Shown piece by piece: positions 8,887 to 18,423 of a DNA stretch of 20,000 nt; position 1 is the first letter of the stretch; every line of letters starts with the position of its first letter. Made by a program: the position numbers and the translations under genes. The stretch comes from an uncultured virus (IMG/VR IMGVR_UViG_3300045131_001195) (Duplodnaviria > Heunggongvirae > Uroviricota > Caudoviricetes). Under the pieces are notes generated by a model. It saw only the letters and a list, made by a program, of their open reading frames with translations, made no database searches and was not told the DNA's origin. The DNA lies in IMG/VR virus record IMGVR_UViG_3300045131_001195, positions 55,523 through 75,522 of that record; one strand, given 5' to 3'.

Positions 8887-11800
8887 TCAAATATTTTGTT
8901 TTAAATTTATCCAAAGATGAAAATCCTTTCTTTATTCCAAAATAAAAATGAAATGGTGCACCAACAACAAATTTTGTATTTTCTTGTTTAGTTTTATTAT
9001 ATTTACCATTTATATCAGAATATATATAACCCCTATGTGAATTATATGCTATATCTGAATTGTCTGAAACAAAATAATCTGTGCTATCATATTCACTAAA
9101 CTTTGCTGTATCATTATTTCTGGGTTTAATTCTTTCAAGAGATTGATACTTTTTTGCAACAATATCAACTTTTTGTGTTCCCCAATTATTCTTGTCTGTT
9201 CCAAAAATGCTATTAGAATTTTCTGCCAATTCCCAAGAATAAAATGGAACCTCTTGTGATCTAATATCAAAATATCTTGGGATTAATGAATTTGTAATAC
9301 TATCTCTAAAACCAATCCTACCAGGTGATATATAATCTTTATAGGTTAAATCATCTTGCAATGATGAATAAAATACCCCCATATAATTTCTACCCTTTTC
9401 TCTAAAAATTAAAGATGGTGAATTATTATTGGTGAAAGAATAAAATTCTGATGAAAACTTCACAACGCCAAATTCTGAATTAATAGACATTAATTGTGCC
9501 AAATCACCATCTACCTTTTTACCATTTCTACTAAAAAATGAATTTATTGTTATATTAGTATTCTTATTAAGATTTTTCAATATACTAGAATCCAAAACCC
9601 TACTCATAACAAACATGTTAATTAAATCAGAATTATCTGAATAACTTGTATAATTTATTTGATTTACCATATATCCATAAGTATCAAATCCCCTTGACCC
9701 AATTAATAACTTATTTTTAATACCCAAATTAATTATGGTTGTTGGATACATTAAATTATAATAATTTAACTTGTTTGCAATATAATTATTCTGGTTGCCA
9801 ACAAATTGCCCCATAGTTGTTCCACTATAATAAGGGGAACTTCTATAATAAAAGTTTGAAGTTGTATTATCATAATAAACAATATCCTTGCAATATTGTG
9901 GATTATTTCTATATGCACCAATAGTGTTTGATTTAAATGATGGCATAAACAAAGATCCATTAACCCAGTTATTAACAAATGTTTCTGATACAATACCTCT
10001 ACATAAACCATAATTTAATTTAAACCTAAAAGCCCATTCACGGAATGCATCAATGTCTGGCAATAAATCAAGTATAGGTCGTCTAACTAATTGGTAACAA
10101 CCATCCTTAATATATATAGATTGTCTTTTAGTTGACTTACATTTTTCAGTTATAGATAATGTTTCTGAATCATTTTTATTTTCATAACAAGATAGGGGAA
10201 CTAAATCTTTACAAGAATTAAATGATGTATTTACACTTGCATACCCTGGTAGCCCCTCTAAATCATTTGCCAAAATATCAGCATCAAAACCAGCATTAAT
10301 ATATAAGGGTGAATTTTCTCCTGTTGATTTTTTAGGATATTTATATATTGTAAAAGAGTTATTTTGTTGTAATATACCAACCCCATTACTATACCAATTT
10401 TTACCATCTAAACCATCTGATGTTGGTAGCCTATCTGTTCTTAAAATAATTTTGTTACTATTAGAATGAGATAACTTTCTATTCTTTAATTCTAAATGCG
10501 AACTATATGAATAGTATAACATGAAATTATCAAATTCAAATGGATTAATATCATATTTATTATTTGCCACAACATCACCTTTACCAACCATATATGTACC
10601 ACCATTAAAATCCAATTTTGAATTGCTATATTTTGAATCAATCCATTGGATAGGGGTCTTCTTTGGATAATCCTTTTCCCTCCCCGCACGTTCACTATTG
10701 ACAATAAAAAAATTATTATCAGAATCAATAGGTTCAGCACTTACCCAATTTTTTATATACTTAATTAATGTAGGAATAAGGCCTAATTTAATAATAAAAG
10801 GTTTAGTTATTGGTGAATTACGACCAAATATACCAGAATAATATGAAACAGAATCTGATTCATATGGTCTAAATTCAATTCCTGGTTGAAAACTGTAAGA
10901 TTCAAAGAAAATATCTTCTTGATTTGTTAATGTTTGTGTTGTTATAAAGTCTGATGAGTTACCTCCTTTACCTAAAAGCCTAATATTGCCAGCATATTCA
11001 TTCAACTTTTGAATTGGTATATTTAATTTGGTAGCACTATTTATAATTATATTGCCAAATTCATATCCAAATATTTTACTCAAATCATACTTATTATCAT
11101 ATTCTGGAGAATATGGATCAACTCCTCTTTGTAATATTAAAACATATTGATTTTCAATACCATTGAAATATTGGATTGGGTTATCTACCACCAACTCATC
11201 CCCGGGTGTACCTTGACCACCAATTTTAACTCTAAGTACAGCAGGTGAAGTTAAAACACTAGGTAAATAACCTTTAGTATTTGTATCTGATAATTTTATA
11301 TAATCTGAATATGTTATACCAGTAATAACTTGGAAATACTCAATATCCGAAGCATAATACGATGTGCTTGTTGCTCCTGTTATAAATGGTAATTTATATG
11401 TTTGACTACCTTCTGTATCTTGAGTATTTGCATATTTAACATTTATAATGTTATTTGTATTTGTTATTTTAGTTGTTCCATTAACTCCATATATAATCTC
11501 ACCTTCAATTGTTGTTCCGGTGACCAAAAAATTAGGATCTTTTGATAATGAATTATTAACAAAACTTAATATATCCCCAGAATCAAAATAGGCTTCAGAT
11601 AATAAAACAATTACATTGTCATAATGAAATTTATTTCTATTTTCAATAATATCATTAGCAAAAGTAACTTTAACCTTATTTTTTTCATAAAAATAATTCT
11701 CCCTTAAATTAAAATAATTAATTCTTTCACCAATAGGCAATGTTTCACTATATATACTAATTTTTTTATCAATTTGTATTAATTGAAATTCATCTGACCT

Positions 11801-13981
11801 AGGCATTTTAATATCTGTCTCACCAATTTTTTTAGGATTTATTCCAGATGAGTTGTCTGTCCTACCCCCAATTGATTGAGCAATAGTAAATAATAATAAT
11901 GGCTTATCATCTTCATAATTAAAACTATCTTTATAATTTATATTATCACTAGTATTATTCTCAATAATATTACCCATTAATTTCCAATCAAAATTTTGTG
12001 ATAACTTATCATAATATAATGTATAATTGGATACCTGAGATAATACTCCATTGTTTTGTATTCCACTACCTAAATCAACATCAACTTCTTCCATATCACA
12101 AATGCAAAACTCACAATTTGGGTAAGTTATATTTGGCAAATGAATTAATTTTAATTTTTTCTTAACTATTTTTTTAAAATTAATTGTCAAATAAACAAGT
12201 AAAAATAAAATTGGGCCTAATAGTAATAAATCTTTACTAATTTGGAATAATAAAAATGATGCAAATGTTGGTAATGTTGGTATAATCCCTGCTGAAAATA
12301 AAGCAACAGATATTGCATAATTTTTAATTACATTAGATATATAATTTTTAATGAAAAAACCCAAAAGTACAATTATTGCTGGTAATAATATTACAGCCAT
12401 AAAATTCCACAAAAAAGAAATCAAATGATATCCAAATATTAATGGAATATTAATAAACTGAATAATTTGCAATATTATTGAAAATAAGTAATAAAACAAA
12501 TCAAAGTTTTTCACACCATCATTAACTGGGTATTTATTTATTACTTGCTCACAACTTCTATCCCCAATTTCTTTAATTCCAATAAATTTGCCTTTATTTG
12601 TCCCACCCTGATATTGATCAACCAATCCAGAAACAGTATATACTTTATTATATTCAAATTCATAAAATGTATCTTCACAATTAATTGCAGCAATCTTGTT
12701 TGTATATTTTTTCCAATCAAGTCCAAAATAATATGAACCACTTTGTGCCTTTTTGGCTTCATCATTACTCCCAGAACTTGATGGATTACCACCCCCTTCT
12801 GTCCACCCATATTCTTTAATATTTGGCACCAAAAAATTGGCTTTTCTTGTTGTGTTTGTTAAACTAATAGAATCTTCCCATTTTATGTTAAATCTATATT
12901 TTCCCCTTGTTGGAATACCTATTGTTTCATCTTCTGTTATTTGCAAATTTCCATTCTCATCAGTTATGATATAATCCAAATTCATTGGCATTTCAACAAC
13001 CCAAGTACCATCCCCATCAATAACTCTACCCCCATTATCCAATTCATAAAATTCAAGAATGGGCAAACCATCTGAATCAATACTTTTTGTTTGTCTAATT
13101 GATTGAATTAGTCCTGGACCAGTTTCAAGCAAACATAAATTCCCCAAAGATTCTTTAACCCCACAATTAAGTTTAACGCTATCTATGTTATTTGTTCCAA
13201 ATATTGACCCAATAAAGATTGATGTTGGTTGAATATCAATACTAGCATCTGTTCTTAAATCAAAATCAACTCTATTAATTGTTGAATCACAAGTTTCTGG
13301 ATCCCCCCAGAATGGTGAAACTTCTATCCCTTTAGATAATGAAACAATTTGTGGCAATGATTCCAAATCTGTTGATGCTTGAAATGAATTTCCCTTAAAT
13401 TGACCCTCTGCTGCTCTGCCCATCCTTATCAAATCTTGGGGAGTTAATGAAAATGCCCCAATGTCAGATAAATCCAAATCCATAAAAACTGTATGTCCCC
13501 CAATTGGAACTCCAAATATCATATAATCACCACTATCATTTGTCTTTACAGTGAATTTATAATATTTCTCATAAACTTCAATATATTGGTTTTTTGCCAA
13601 AACATCATTCAATGATGGAAAATTACCTGTGGCAACATGACCTTCATAAGATGGTTCATATGGTAATAAATTATATCTATATCCCTCCTCATTTTTATCA
13701 CCAATAGATTTATATGGGTAAATTGAGTTGATTAATGCATTATCTTCATCCTCTGTTGATAGTGGAATAAATACTGATACCCTAGCATTTGCCAATCCAA
13801 AACCATTATTTGCTGTAATCCTACCTGCAACAACCCCATAATTGGCACAATCCAATGTATAGATATCAGATTGTCTAACTTTAAATGATAAAATTTCAAG
13901 AAATTCAATATTTTGGTCTAACTGAAAATTAACAAAATTATCTTGTCCAATATTGGTTTTTATTCTATATGTATTTTGCAT
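8879..13981 (-). CDS. Very large putative virion protein (about 1700 aa) with an N-terminal carboxypeptidase-regulatory/transthyretin-like domain and an internal hydrophobic block
   Basis: ORF track starts at TTG 13984; ATG at 13981 preferred. GVVAGRITANNGFGLANARVSV...TVKTNDSGDYMIFGVPIGGHTV resembles CarboxypepD_reg-like beta sandwiches. Residues about 490-600 are strongly hydrophobic. Directly follows the gp6-like gene. Confidence 0.7.
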   Translation of the reverse strand: MQNTYRIKTNIGQDNFVNFQLDQNIEFLEILSFKVRQSDIYTLDCANYGVVAGRITANNGFGLANARVSVFIPLSTEDEDNALINSIYPYKSIGDKNEEGYRYNLLPYEPSYEGHVATGNFPSLNDVLAKNQYIEVYEKYYKFTVKTNDSGDYMIFGVPIGGHTVFMDLDLSDIGAFSLTPQDLIRMGRAAEGQFKGNSFQASTDLESLPQIVSLSKGIEVSPFWGDPETCDSTINRVDFDLRTDASIDIQPTSIFIGSIFGTNNIDSVKLNCGVKESLGNLCLLETGPGLIQSIRQTKSIDSDGLPILEFYELDNGGRVIDGDGTWVVEMPMNLDYIITDENGNLQITEDETIGIPTRGKYRFNIKWEDSISLTNTTRKANFLVPNIKEYGWTEGGGNPSSSGSNDEAKKAQSGSYYFGLDWKKYTNKIAAINCEDTFYEFEYNKVYTVSGLVDQYQGGTNKGKFIGIKEIGDRSCEQVINKYPVNDGVKNFDLFYYLFSIILQIIQFINIPLIFGYHLISFLWNFMAVILLPAIIVLLGFFIKNYISNVIKNYAISVALFSAGIIPTLPTFASFLLFQISKDLLLLGPILFLLVYLTINFKKIVKKKLKLIHLPNITYPNCEFCICDMEEVDVDLGSGIQNNGVLSQVSNYTLYYDKLSQNFDWKLMGNIIENNTSDNINYKDSFNYEDDKPLLLFTIAQSIGGRTDNSSGINPKKIGETDIKMPRSDEFQLIQIDKKISIYSETLPIGERINYFNLRENYFYEKNKVKVTFANDIIENRNKFHYDNVIVLLSEAYFDSGDILSFVNNSLSKDPNFLVTGTTIEGEIIYGVNGTTKITNTNNIINVKYANTQDTEGSQTYKLPFITGATSTSYYASDIEYFQVITGITYSDYIKLSDTNTKGYLPSVLTSPAVLRVKIGGQGTPGDELVVDNPIQYFNGIENQYVLILQRGVDPYSPEYDNKYDLSKIFGYEFGNIIINSATKLNIPIQKLNEYAGNIRLLGKGGNSSDFITTQTLTNQEDIFFESYSFQPGIEFRPYESDSVSYYSGIFGRNSPITKPFIIKLGLIPTLIKYIKNWVSAEPIDSDNNFFIVNSERAGREKDYPKKTPIQWIDSKYSNSKLDFNGGTYMVGKGDVVANNKYDINPFEFDNFMLYYSYSSHLELKNRKLSHSNSNKIILRTDRLPTSDGLDGKNWYSNGVGILQQNNSFTIYKYPKKSTGENSPLYINAGFDADILANDLEGLPGYASVNTSFNSCKDLVPLSCYENKNDSETLSITEKCKSTKRQSIYIKDGCYQLVRRPILDLLPDIDAFREWAFRFKLNYGLCRGIVSETFVNNWVNGSLFMPSFKSNTIGAYRNNPQYCKDIVYYDNTTSNFYYRSSPYYSGTTMGQFVGNQNNYIANKLNYYNLMYPTTIINLGIKNKLLIGSRGFDTYGYMVNQINYTSYSDNSDLINMFVMSRVLDSSILKNLNKNTNITINSFFSRNGKKVDGDLAQLMSINSEFGVVKFSSEFYSFTNNNSPSLIFREKGRNYMGVFYSSLQDDLTYKDYISPGRIGFRDSITNSLIPRYFDIRSQEVPFYSWELAENSNSIFGTDKNNWGTQKVDIVAKKYQSLERIKPRNNDTAKFSEYDSTDYFVSDNSDIAYNSHRGYIYSDINGKYNKTKQENTKFVVGAPFHFYFGIKKGFSSLDKFKTKYLNE

Positions 13982-13995
13982 CAAGCCTTTTTTTA

Positions 13996-14003
13996 AGTAA
14001 ATA
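13996..14003 (-). promoter_or_regulatory. Putative phage promoter box, variant TATTTACT
   Basis: 14 nt upstream of the ATG at 13981. Confidence 0.4.
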
Positions 14004-14048
14004 TTTTATTGTATATAATATAAAGACTAAACACGTAAAATAAATGAA

Positions 14049-15881
14049 TTATCCTATTGTAACTCCTGAGTTTGTTTTAACACTAATCCTTATATCTCTC
14101 TCTGGATATCTAATGTGATATATTTCTGATGGTTGAGCAAAAATTATCTCATCAGTTGGAACCATCACTCTTGATGCCCCAGGAACCAATCTTGTTGTTG
14201 CAAAATCCCCAGAATAATCACCCCCAATCTCATTTTTAATTGTAAGATTTGAAATTGTCACAACCCCTGTCAATTTTTGAATATTACCTTTTAATTCAGA
14301 TAAATTAATATCTTTACCCAATTGCATATTCTGTGGTGAGAAATAGGTGTTAATGGTAGATATGACAGATTCAACAATGCTTTTGGTGTCAAACCCTTGA
14401 ACAACTATGATATTGGCATCAATACTAACATCAAGTATCTTTGCTGATGAAACAACAACATAGTCATTAATCATCCTATAATTTGAAACATAATTGGCAA
14501 TGTTATCTGTTAAAAATCTTGAATTATCACTAATCAATTTCCCATTATTATCATATGACAAAACAAGAATTTGGATTTTATTATCAACTTCTTGAACTGA
14601 AACCTTTGCTGGTGCACCAAATTGTGGGGGCATATTTCTTATGATTGATTCATAGTCTCTTATTGTTACCGCACGTTTTTGTGCCGCAAAATTAAATGAA
14701 ACAAAATTTCTAACCTCTTCAACACTTGGCAAACCAGCACCCCCAATTGCAGGGAAAGCATTGTTAACCCTCAATGAATTAATGACTGCTGATTGTTGTG
14801 ATGGACTACCATTAGTAATAGAAAATGTATTAACACCAACTTGATTAATGGTGTTTGGCCCCAAATTTGTATTTAACCCACCCCCAACTCTATATTGAAT
14901 AAATAAAGTTGTATTTGGCTTTAATGTTCTTCCTAATGAAAAATTATTTAAATAATTCTGCAATGTTGGAAATTGCCCTGTTGTTGTAAATTGATTCAAT
15001 TGTTCCAATGCTGTATTAACCCCATTACCAAATGTAATTTTTTTATATCCTTCTGGAGTAAATTCTGATACAAATCTATTTTCTGTTTGAATATATTTAC
15101 CAACTTTAATAGGGGAGGATCCCGTGTTTTTTGTTGTATCAACAATAAATACCCTATCTTCTGCCAATGAATCTACTTCATACCATTTATTAGTATCACC
15201 AATAAATTCTGAATTTGGGGGGACTGTTCCAATTTGCCCATCTCTTGTTATCACACTAGTAATACCCAAAACATTCTTCTCTGGTAAAAACAATTCAAAA
15301 AATGGTCTAACATCAGATGAGGTAATAACCCTTTTAAATACTTTTGTCACACCATTAATTACAGGTTCTCTTTTTGTTAACGTATAGTTAATTATATTAC
15401 TATTTAATGAATTTGGTATAACCGTTCTATTCTTATTACCTTGTGCATCATAGTCAGATGAAAAATCAATATCATTAATTGTTTCAAATATAACTCCATT
15501 ACCCAAAACTTGCGCCCCTCTTTGAAGAAGACCAGCAAACTTTCCATCTGGCTTATCACTTGATACCGGAACAGTTATGGAAAAATCACACAAAGTTAAA
15601 GATGGCCTTTGCCCAGGCAATTTTAATCCATATGTTCTTGCTATATTATATATTGATGATTTCTGTTGTGCATATTGTAAAACAGTTTCTTGTAAACTTC
15701 TATCAATATGATAATGTAAATTATCAGCAACCGCAGCATTTAAATCAAGAAATACTGAAAATATTGATGCATCATTAAAATCATTTATTAAATCAGGATA
15801 ATAAGTTTTAACATAATTTAATAATTCTGCTCTTATTCCTTGAAAATCTCTAACGCCATATGAAATTTGTCTATCTGCCAT
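14049..15881 (-). CDS. Baseplate wedge subunit (T4 gp6 / baseplate J-like)
   Basis: 610 aa. N-terminal RDFQGIRAELLNYVKTYYP...DFNDAS...LDLNAAVADNLHYHID, plus ITFGNG, IQYRVGGG and AIGGAGLPSVEEVR...AQKRAVTIRDY, all typical of gp6/gpJ. Adjacent to a gp25-like gene. Confidence 0.88.
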   Translation of the reverse strand: MADRQISYGVRDFQGIRAELLNYVKTYYPDLINDFNDASIFSVFLDLNAAVADNLHYHIDRSLQETVLQYAQQKSSIYNIARTYGLKLPGQRPSLTLCDFSITVPVSSDKPDGKFAGLLQRGAQVLGNGVIFETINDIDFSSDYDAQGNKNRTVIPNSLNSNIINYTLTKREPVINGVTKVFKRVITSSDVRPFFELFLPEKNVLGITSVITRDGQIGTVPPNSEFIGDTNKWYEVDSLAEDRVFIVDTTKNTGSSPIKVGKYIQTENRFVSEFTPEGYKKITFGNGVNTALEQLNQFTTTGQFPTLQNYLNNFSLGRTLKPNTTLFIQYRVGGGLNTNLGPNTINQVGVNTFSITNGSPSQQSAVINSLRVNNAFPAIGGAGLPSVEEVRNFVSFNFAAQKRAVTIRDYESIIRNMPPQFGAPAKVSVQEVDNKIQILVLSYDNNGKLISDNSRFLTDNIANYVSNYRMINDYVVVSSAKILDVSIDANIIVVQGFDTKSIVESVISTINTYFSPQNMQLGKDINLSELKGNIQKLTGVVTISNLTIKNEIGGDYSGDFATTRLVPGASRVMVPTDEIIFAQPSEIYHIRYPERDIRISVKTNSGVTIG

Positions 15882-15882
15882 A

Positions 15883-16359
15883 TTATATATTTATAACCAC
15901 AAAATCACTCCCAGCAAACGCATTTGTGTTTGATGTGAATTCAATTTTTATTTTTGCTGTATTTTGATAAGTACCATTACCCGGTGATCTATATATCTTG
16001 TCAGATGGTTTTAAACCAAAATCATCAATATTTAATTTTGATGTATTAACCTCTTCACTAACATCCAAAGGTTCAATAACAATATTTATTATAGTTAAAT
16101 TTGGTATGTATTTGGCAACAGAATCTCTAATATCTGCCTCAATAACATCAAATGAAACAATATCCAAAGGTTCAAATAAAAATTCATATAGCCTTGTTCC
16201 AAAATCTGGTAAATAATATCTACTACCCTTTCTTGTTAATAACAAATGTAATAATGACGCTCTTATCTCATCACCAATATATTCTGTCATCTTTAATGCA
16301 TCACCCCTTAAAGATGTATCAAAAGGGAAATCAACACCATATGTAAAACCTTCAGCCAT
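15883..16359 (-). CDS. Baseplate gp25/gpW-like (sheath initiator) protein
   Basis: 158 aa. IRASLLHLLLTRKGSRYYLPDFGTRLYEFLFEP matches the GPW_gp25 signature (L.T..GER...P.FG..L..LLFEP). Confidence 0.9.
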   Translation of the reverse strand: MAEGFTYGVDFPFDTSLRGDALKMTEYIGDEIRASLLHLLLTRKGSRYYLPDFGTRLYEFLFEPLDIVSFDVIEADIRDSVAKYIPNLTIINIVIEPLDVSEEVNTSKLNIDDFGLKPSDKIYRSPGNGTYQNTAKIKIEFTSNTNAFAGSDFVVINI

Positions 16360-16374
16360 TATAACTCATTTAAA

Positions 16375-16382
16375 TATAAATA
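16375..16382 (-). promoter_or_regulatory. Putative phage promoter box TATTTATA at the head of the baseplate operon
   Basis: 15 nt upstream of the gp25-like ATG at 16359. Confidence 0.5.
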
Positions 16383-16423
16383 TATCTTTTTCACAAATTT
16401 GTAAACTATTTTAATTTATTGTA

Positions 16424-16431
16424 TATTTATA
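16424..16431 (+). promoter_or_regulatory. Putative phage promoter box TATTTATA
   Basis: 11 nt upstream of the ATG at 16443; orientation flips together with the gene strand. Confidence 0.5.
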
Positions 16432-16442
16432 TAAAAAAAATT

Positions 16443-16703
16443 ATGAGAACAATAAGATTAACAGAAGCTGGTTTAAATAAACTAGTTAAAAGAATTGTTG
16501 AAGATAAAGGAAGTGAAGGCCTTTTTATGGACTACCATAAAGAAAGTAAAGCAACAACTGGTAAAAAAGCAATATCTATGATTAACAAAATTATGGATAA
16601 ACTTTCAACAATGAAAGATAAATTTGAGAATACTAATTTTGCATTTAGTAAATCTGATTTATCAAAACTTGAAGATTTTTATGATACATTGAGTGGCAAA
16701 TAA
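16443..16703 (+). CDS. Small hypothetical protein (86 aa) with an N-terminal 'IRLTE..L..LVKRIVE' motif
   Basis: ATG at 16443 after an A-tract is preferred to the TTG at 16419. Gives MRTIRLTEAGLNKLVKRIVEDK...; fills the gap between gp25 and nrdA; has its own upstream TATTTATA motif and a downstream terminator. Confidence 0.8.
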   Translation: MRTIRLTEAGLNKLVKRIVEDKGSEGLFMDYHKESKATTGKKAISMINKIMDKLSTMKDKFENTNFAFSKSDLSKLEDFYDTLSGK

Positions 16704-16724
16704 GTTTAAATCAATACTAATATT

Positions 16725-16764
16725 AAAAACCCCCAAATCTAAACTAATAGGCTGGGGGTTTTTT
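16725..16764. terminator. Bidirectional intrinsic terminator between the convergent small ORF and nrdA
   Basis: Inverted repeat AAAAACCCCCA (16725-16735) / TGGGGGTTTTT (16753-16763) with T-tracts on both strands, about 21 nt from each of the two stop codons. Confidence 0.85.
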
Positions 16765-16785
16765 ATTTAACAAATTGTATCAAAT

Positions 16786-18411
16786 CTACGATTCACAACT
16801 CACACACTCATTAATATTTCTTGCAAATGATTGTGCTGAACTTTGGCTAAACTGATAGTAAAGCGTCTTAACCCCCTCTTCATGAGCATATAGATATAAT
16901 TGATTTATATCCTTTGCTGGAACTGATGGATGTATCATCAAATTTAATGACTGTGATTGGTCAATAAATTTTTGCCTCTGTGCTGCTTGTAATATCAATT
17001 CTTTTGGTGATATTTCAATAAATGATTTAAACACCTCTTTTGTGGGAAAATCCAAATGCTGAACTGATCCATCTTTCTTCAAAATACTCTCCCAGGTTTC
17101 TGGCGTATTTAAACCATACTTATCCAATTCAATATCCAAAAATGGATTCTTATAAATTGTTTTTGATTTAGCCAAATCTTTAATAAAATAATTTGATTTG
17201 ATTGGCTCAATACCCATACTTACTTGCCCTAAAATAAATGAACTTGACTTGGTTGGGGCAATAGCAATTAATGTTGTGTTGGCATAACCCTCTCTTAAAC
17301 ATTTATATCCCTTCTCTTCATATAAATATTTTGAAGCCAATTCTGATTTCTCTTTAATTATTTTAAATATTTGATGATTTAATTGTTTTGCCATCAAAGA
17401 TTCAAATGGTATTAACTTGGATTGAAATAATGAATGATATCCTAAAACACCCAAACCAATTGCTCTATGCTGTGATGCAAATCTATTAGCCCTTTTCATA
17501 CCAGCCATTTTACCTGACTTCAATATAAATTCATCCATAACTGCATTTAAGAACATTGTGTAAACCTCAATTGCATCAGTCTCAACTATCTCATCCCAAT
17601 GAAGTAAATTCAATGAACCTAAACAACAAACAAATGAGTTTAATGAATCTGTCGGCAATTGAATTTCGGAACACAAGTTACTTGCAGTTATCTCCATACC
17701 CAACTCTTTGTAGGGGGAATTATTGTTTGAGTTATCCTTAAACATAATATATGGAAAACCAAACTCATTACGTCTTTGAATAATTTTTGCCCATATCTTT
17801 CTCTTGCTTGGGTCTCCCCCCTTCATATCATTAATCCAATTATCTGTAACAGTAACACCATATTGTAAATTCTGGATTGGATTGCCCTCTGATCCAATAT
17901 CAAGAAACTCCATAATATCCTCATGTTCAACTGGCAACCAAACTGCACATGCACCCCTTCTTGCCTCTGATTGTTTGCATACATCAACTACTGTGTCATA
18001 CACCCTTGCATAATGAACTGGTCCATCTGCTGTACCACCTGTTGATATTTTAGTTCCCCTTGCTCTAATATTACCTAAATAAGCACTAGTTCCACCACCA
18101 TATTTTGACATCATACCAATCTCTCTTCCAGCATTTAAAATGCTATCTAATGTGTCATCAATATTGGATCCATAACAGGATATAGGCAACCCCTTTTCTT
18201 TACCAAAATTAATCCATACTGGTGTAGAAAGGCTATAAAAACCCCTTGCCATATATTCCTCAAATTTAACAGCAAACCCATCAATTTTTAAATACCCCTC
18301 TGCTTTATTAGCAATATCTTTAATCCTTTGCTCGGGGGTTTCATTTATATACCCCCTTGATAAGAAAAGCCTACTCTCATCATTTAACCAATAATATTTT
18401 TCTTTATTCAT
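16786..18411 (-). CDS. nrdA: Ribonucleotide reductase class I alpha subunit, short form without ATP cone (NrdAi-like)
   Basis: 541 aa. PISCY (redox Cys), ASNLCSEI (N-x-C-x-E active site), CCLGSLNL, AIAPTKSSS, QKFIDQSQSLNL, GVKTLYY tyrosine dyad and C-terminal CVSC. Confidence 0.96.
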   Translation of the reverse strand: MNKEKYYWLNDESRLFLSRGYINETPEQRIKDIANKAEGYLKIDGFAVKFEEYMARGFYSLSTPVWINFGKEKGLPISCYGSNIDDTLDSILNAGREIGMMSKYGGGTSAYLGNIRARGTKISTGGTADGPVHYARVYDTVVDVCKQSEARRGACAVWLPVEHEDIMEFLDIGSEGNPIQNLQYGVTVTDNWINDMKGGDPSKRKIWAKIIQRRNEFGFPYIMFKDNSNNNSPYKELGMEITASNLCSEIQLPTDSLNSFVCCLGSLNLLHWDEIVETDAIEVYTMFLNAVMDEFILKSGKMAGMKRANRFASQHRAIGLGVLGYHSLFQSKLIPFESLMAKQLNHQIFKIIKEKSELASKYLYEEKGYKCLREGYANTTLIAIAPTKSSSFILGQVSMGIEPIKSNYFIKDLAKSKTIYKNPFLDIELDKYGLNTPETWESILKKDGSVQHLDFPTKEVFKSFIEISPKELILQAAQRQKFIDQSQSLNLMIHPSVPAKDINQLYLYAHEEGVKTLYYQFSQSSAQSFARNINECVSCES

Positions 18412-18423
18412 TATATTTGTTTT

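Noticed and set aside
14049..16359. Bacterial extracellular contractile injection system or T6SS rather than a phage
   Set aside because: The baseplate genes adjoin a phage-type helicase and RNR in a compact layout with no bacterial housekeeping context and no eCIS ATPase or T6SS membrane-complex genes.
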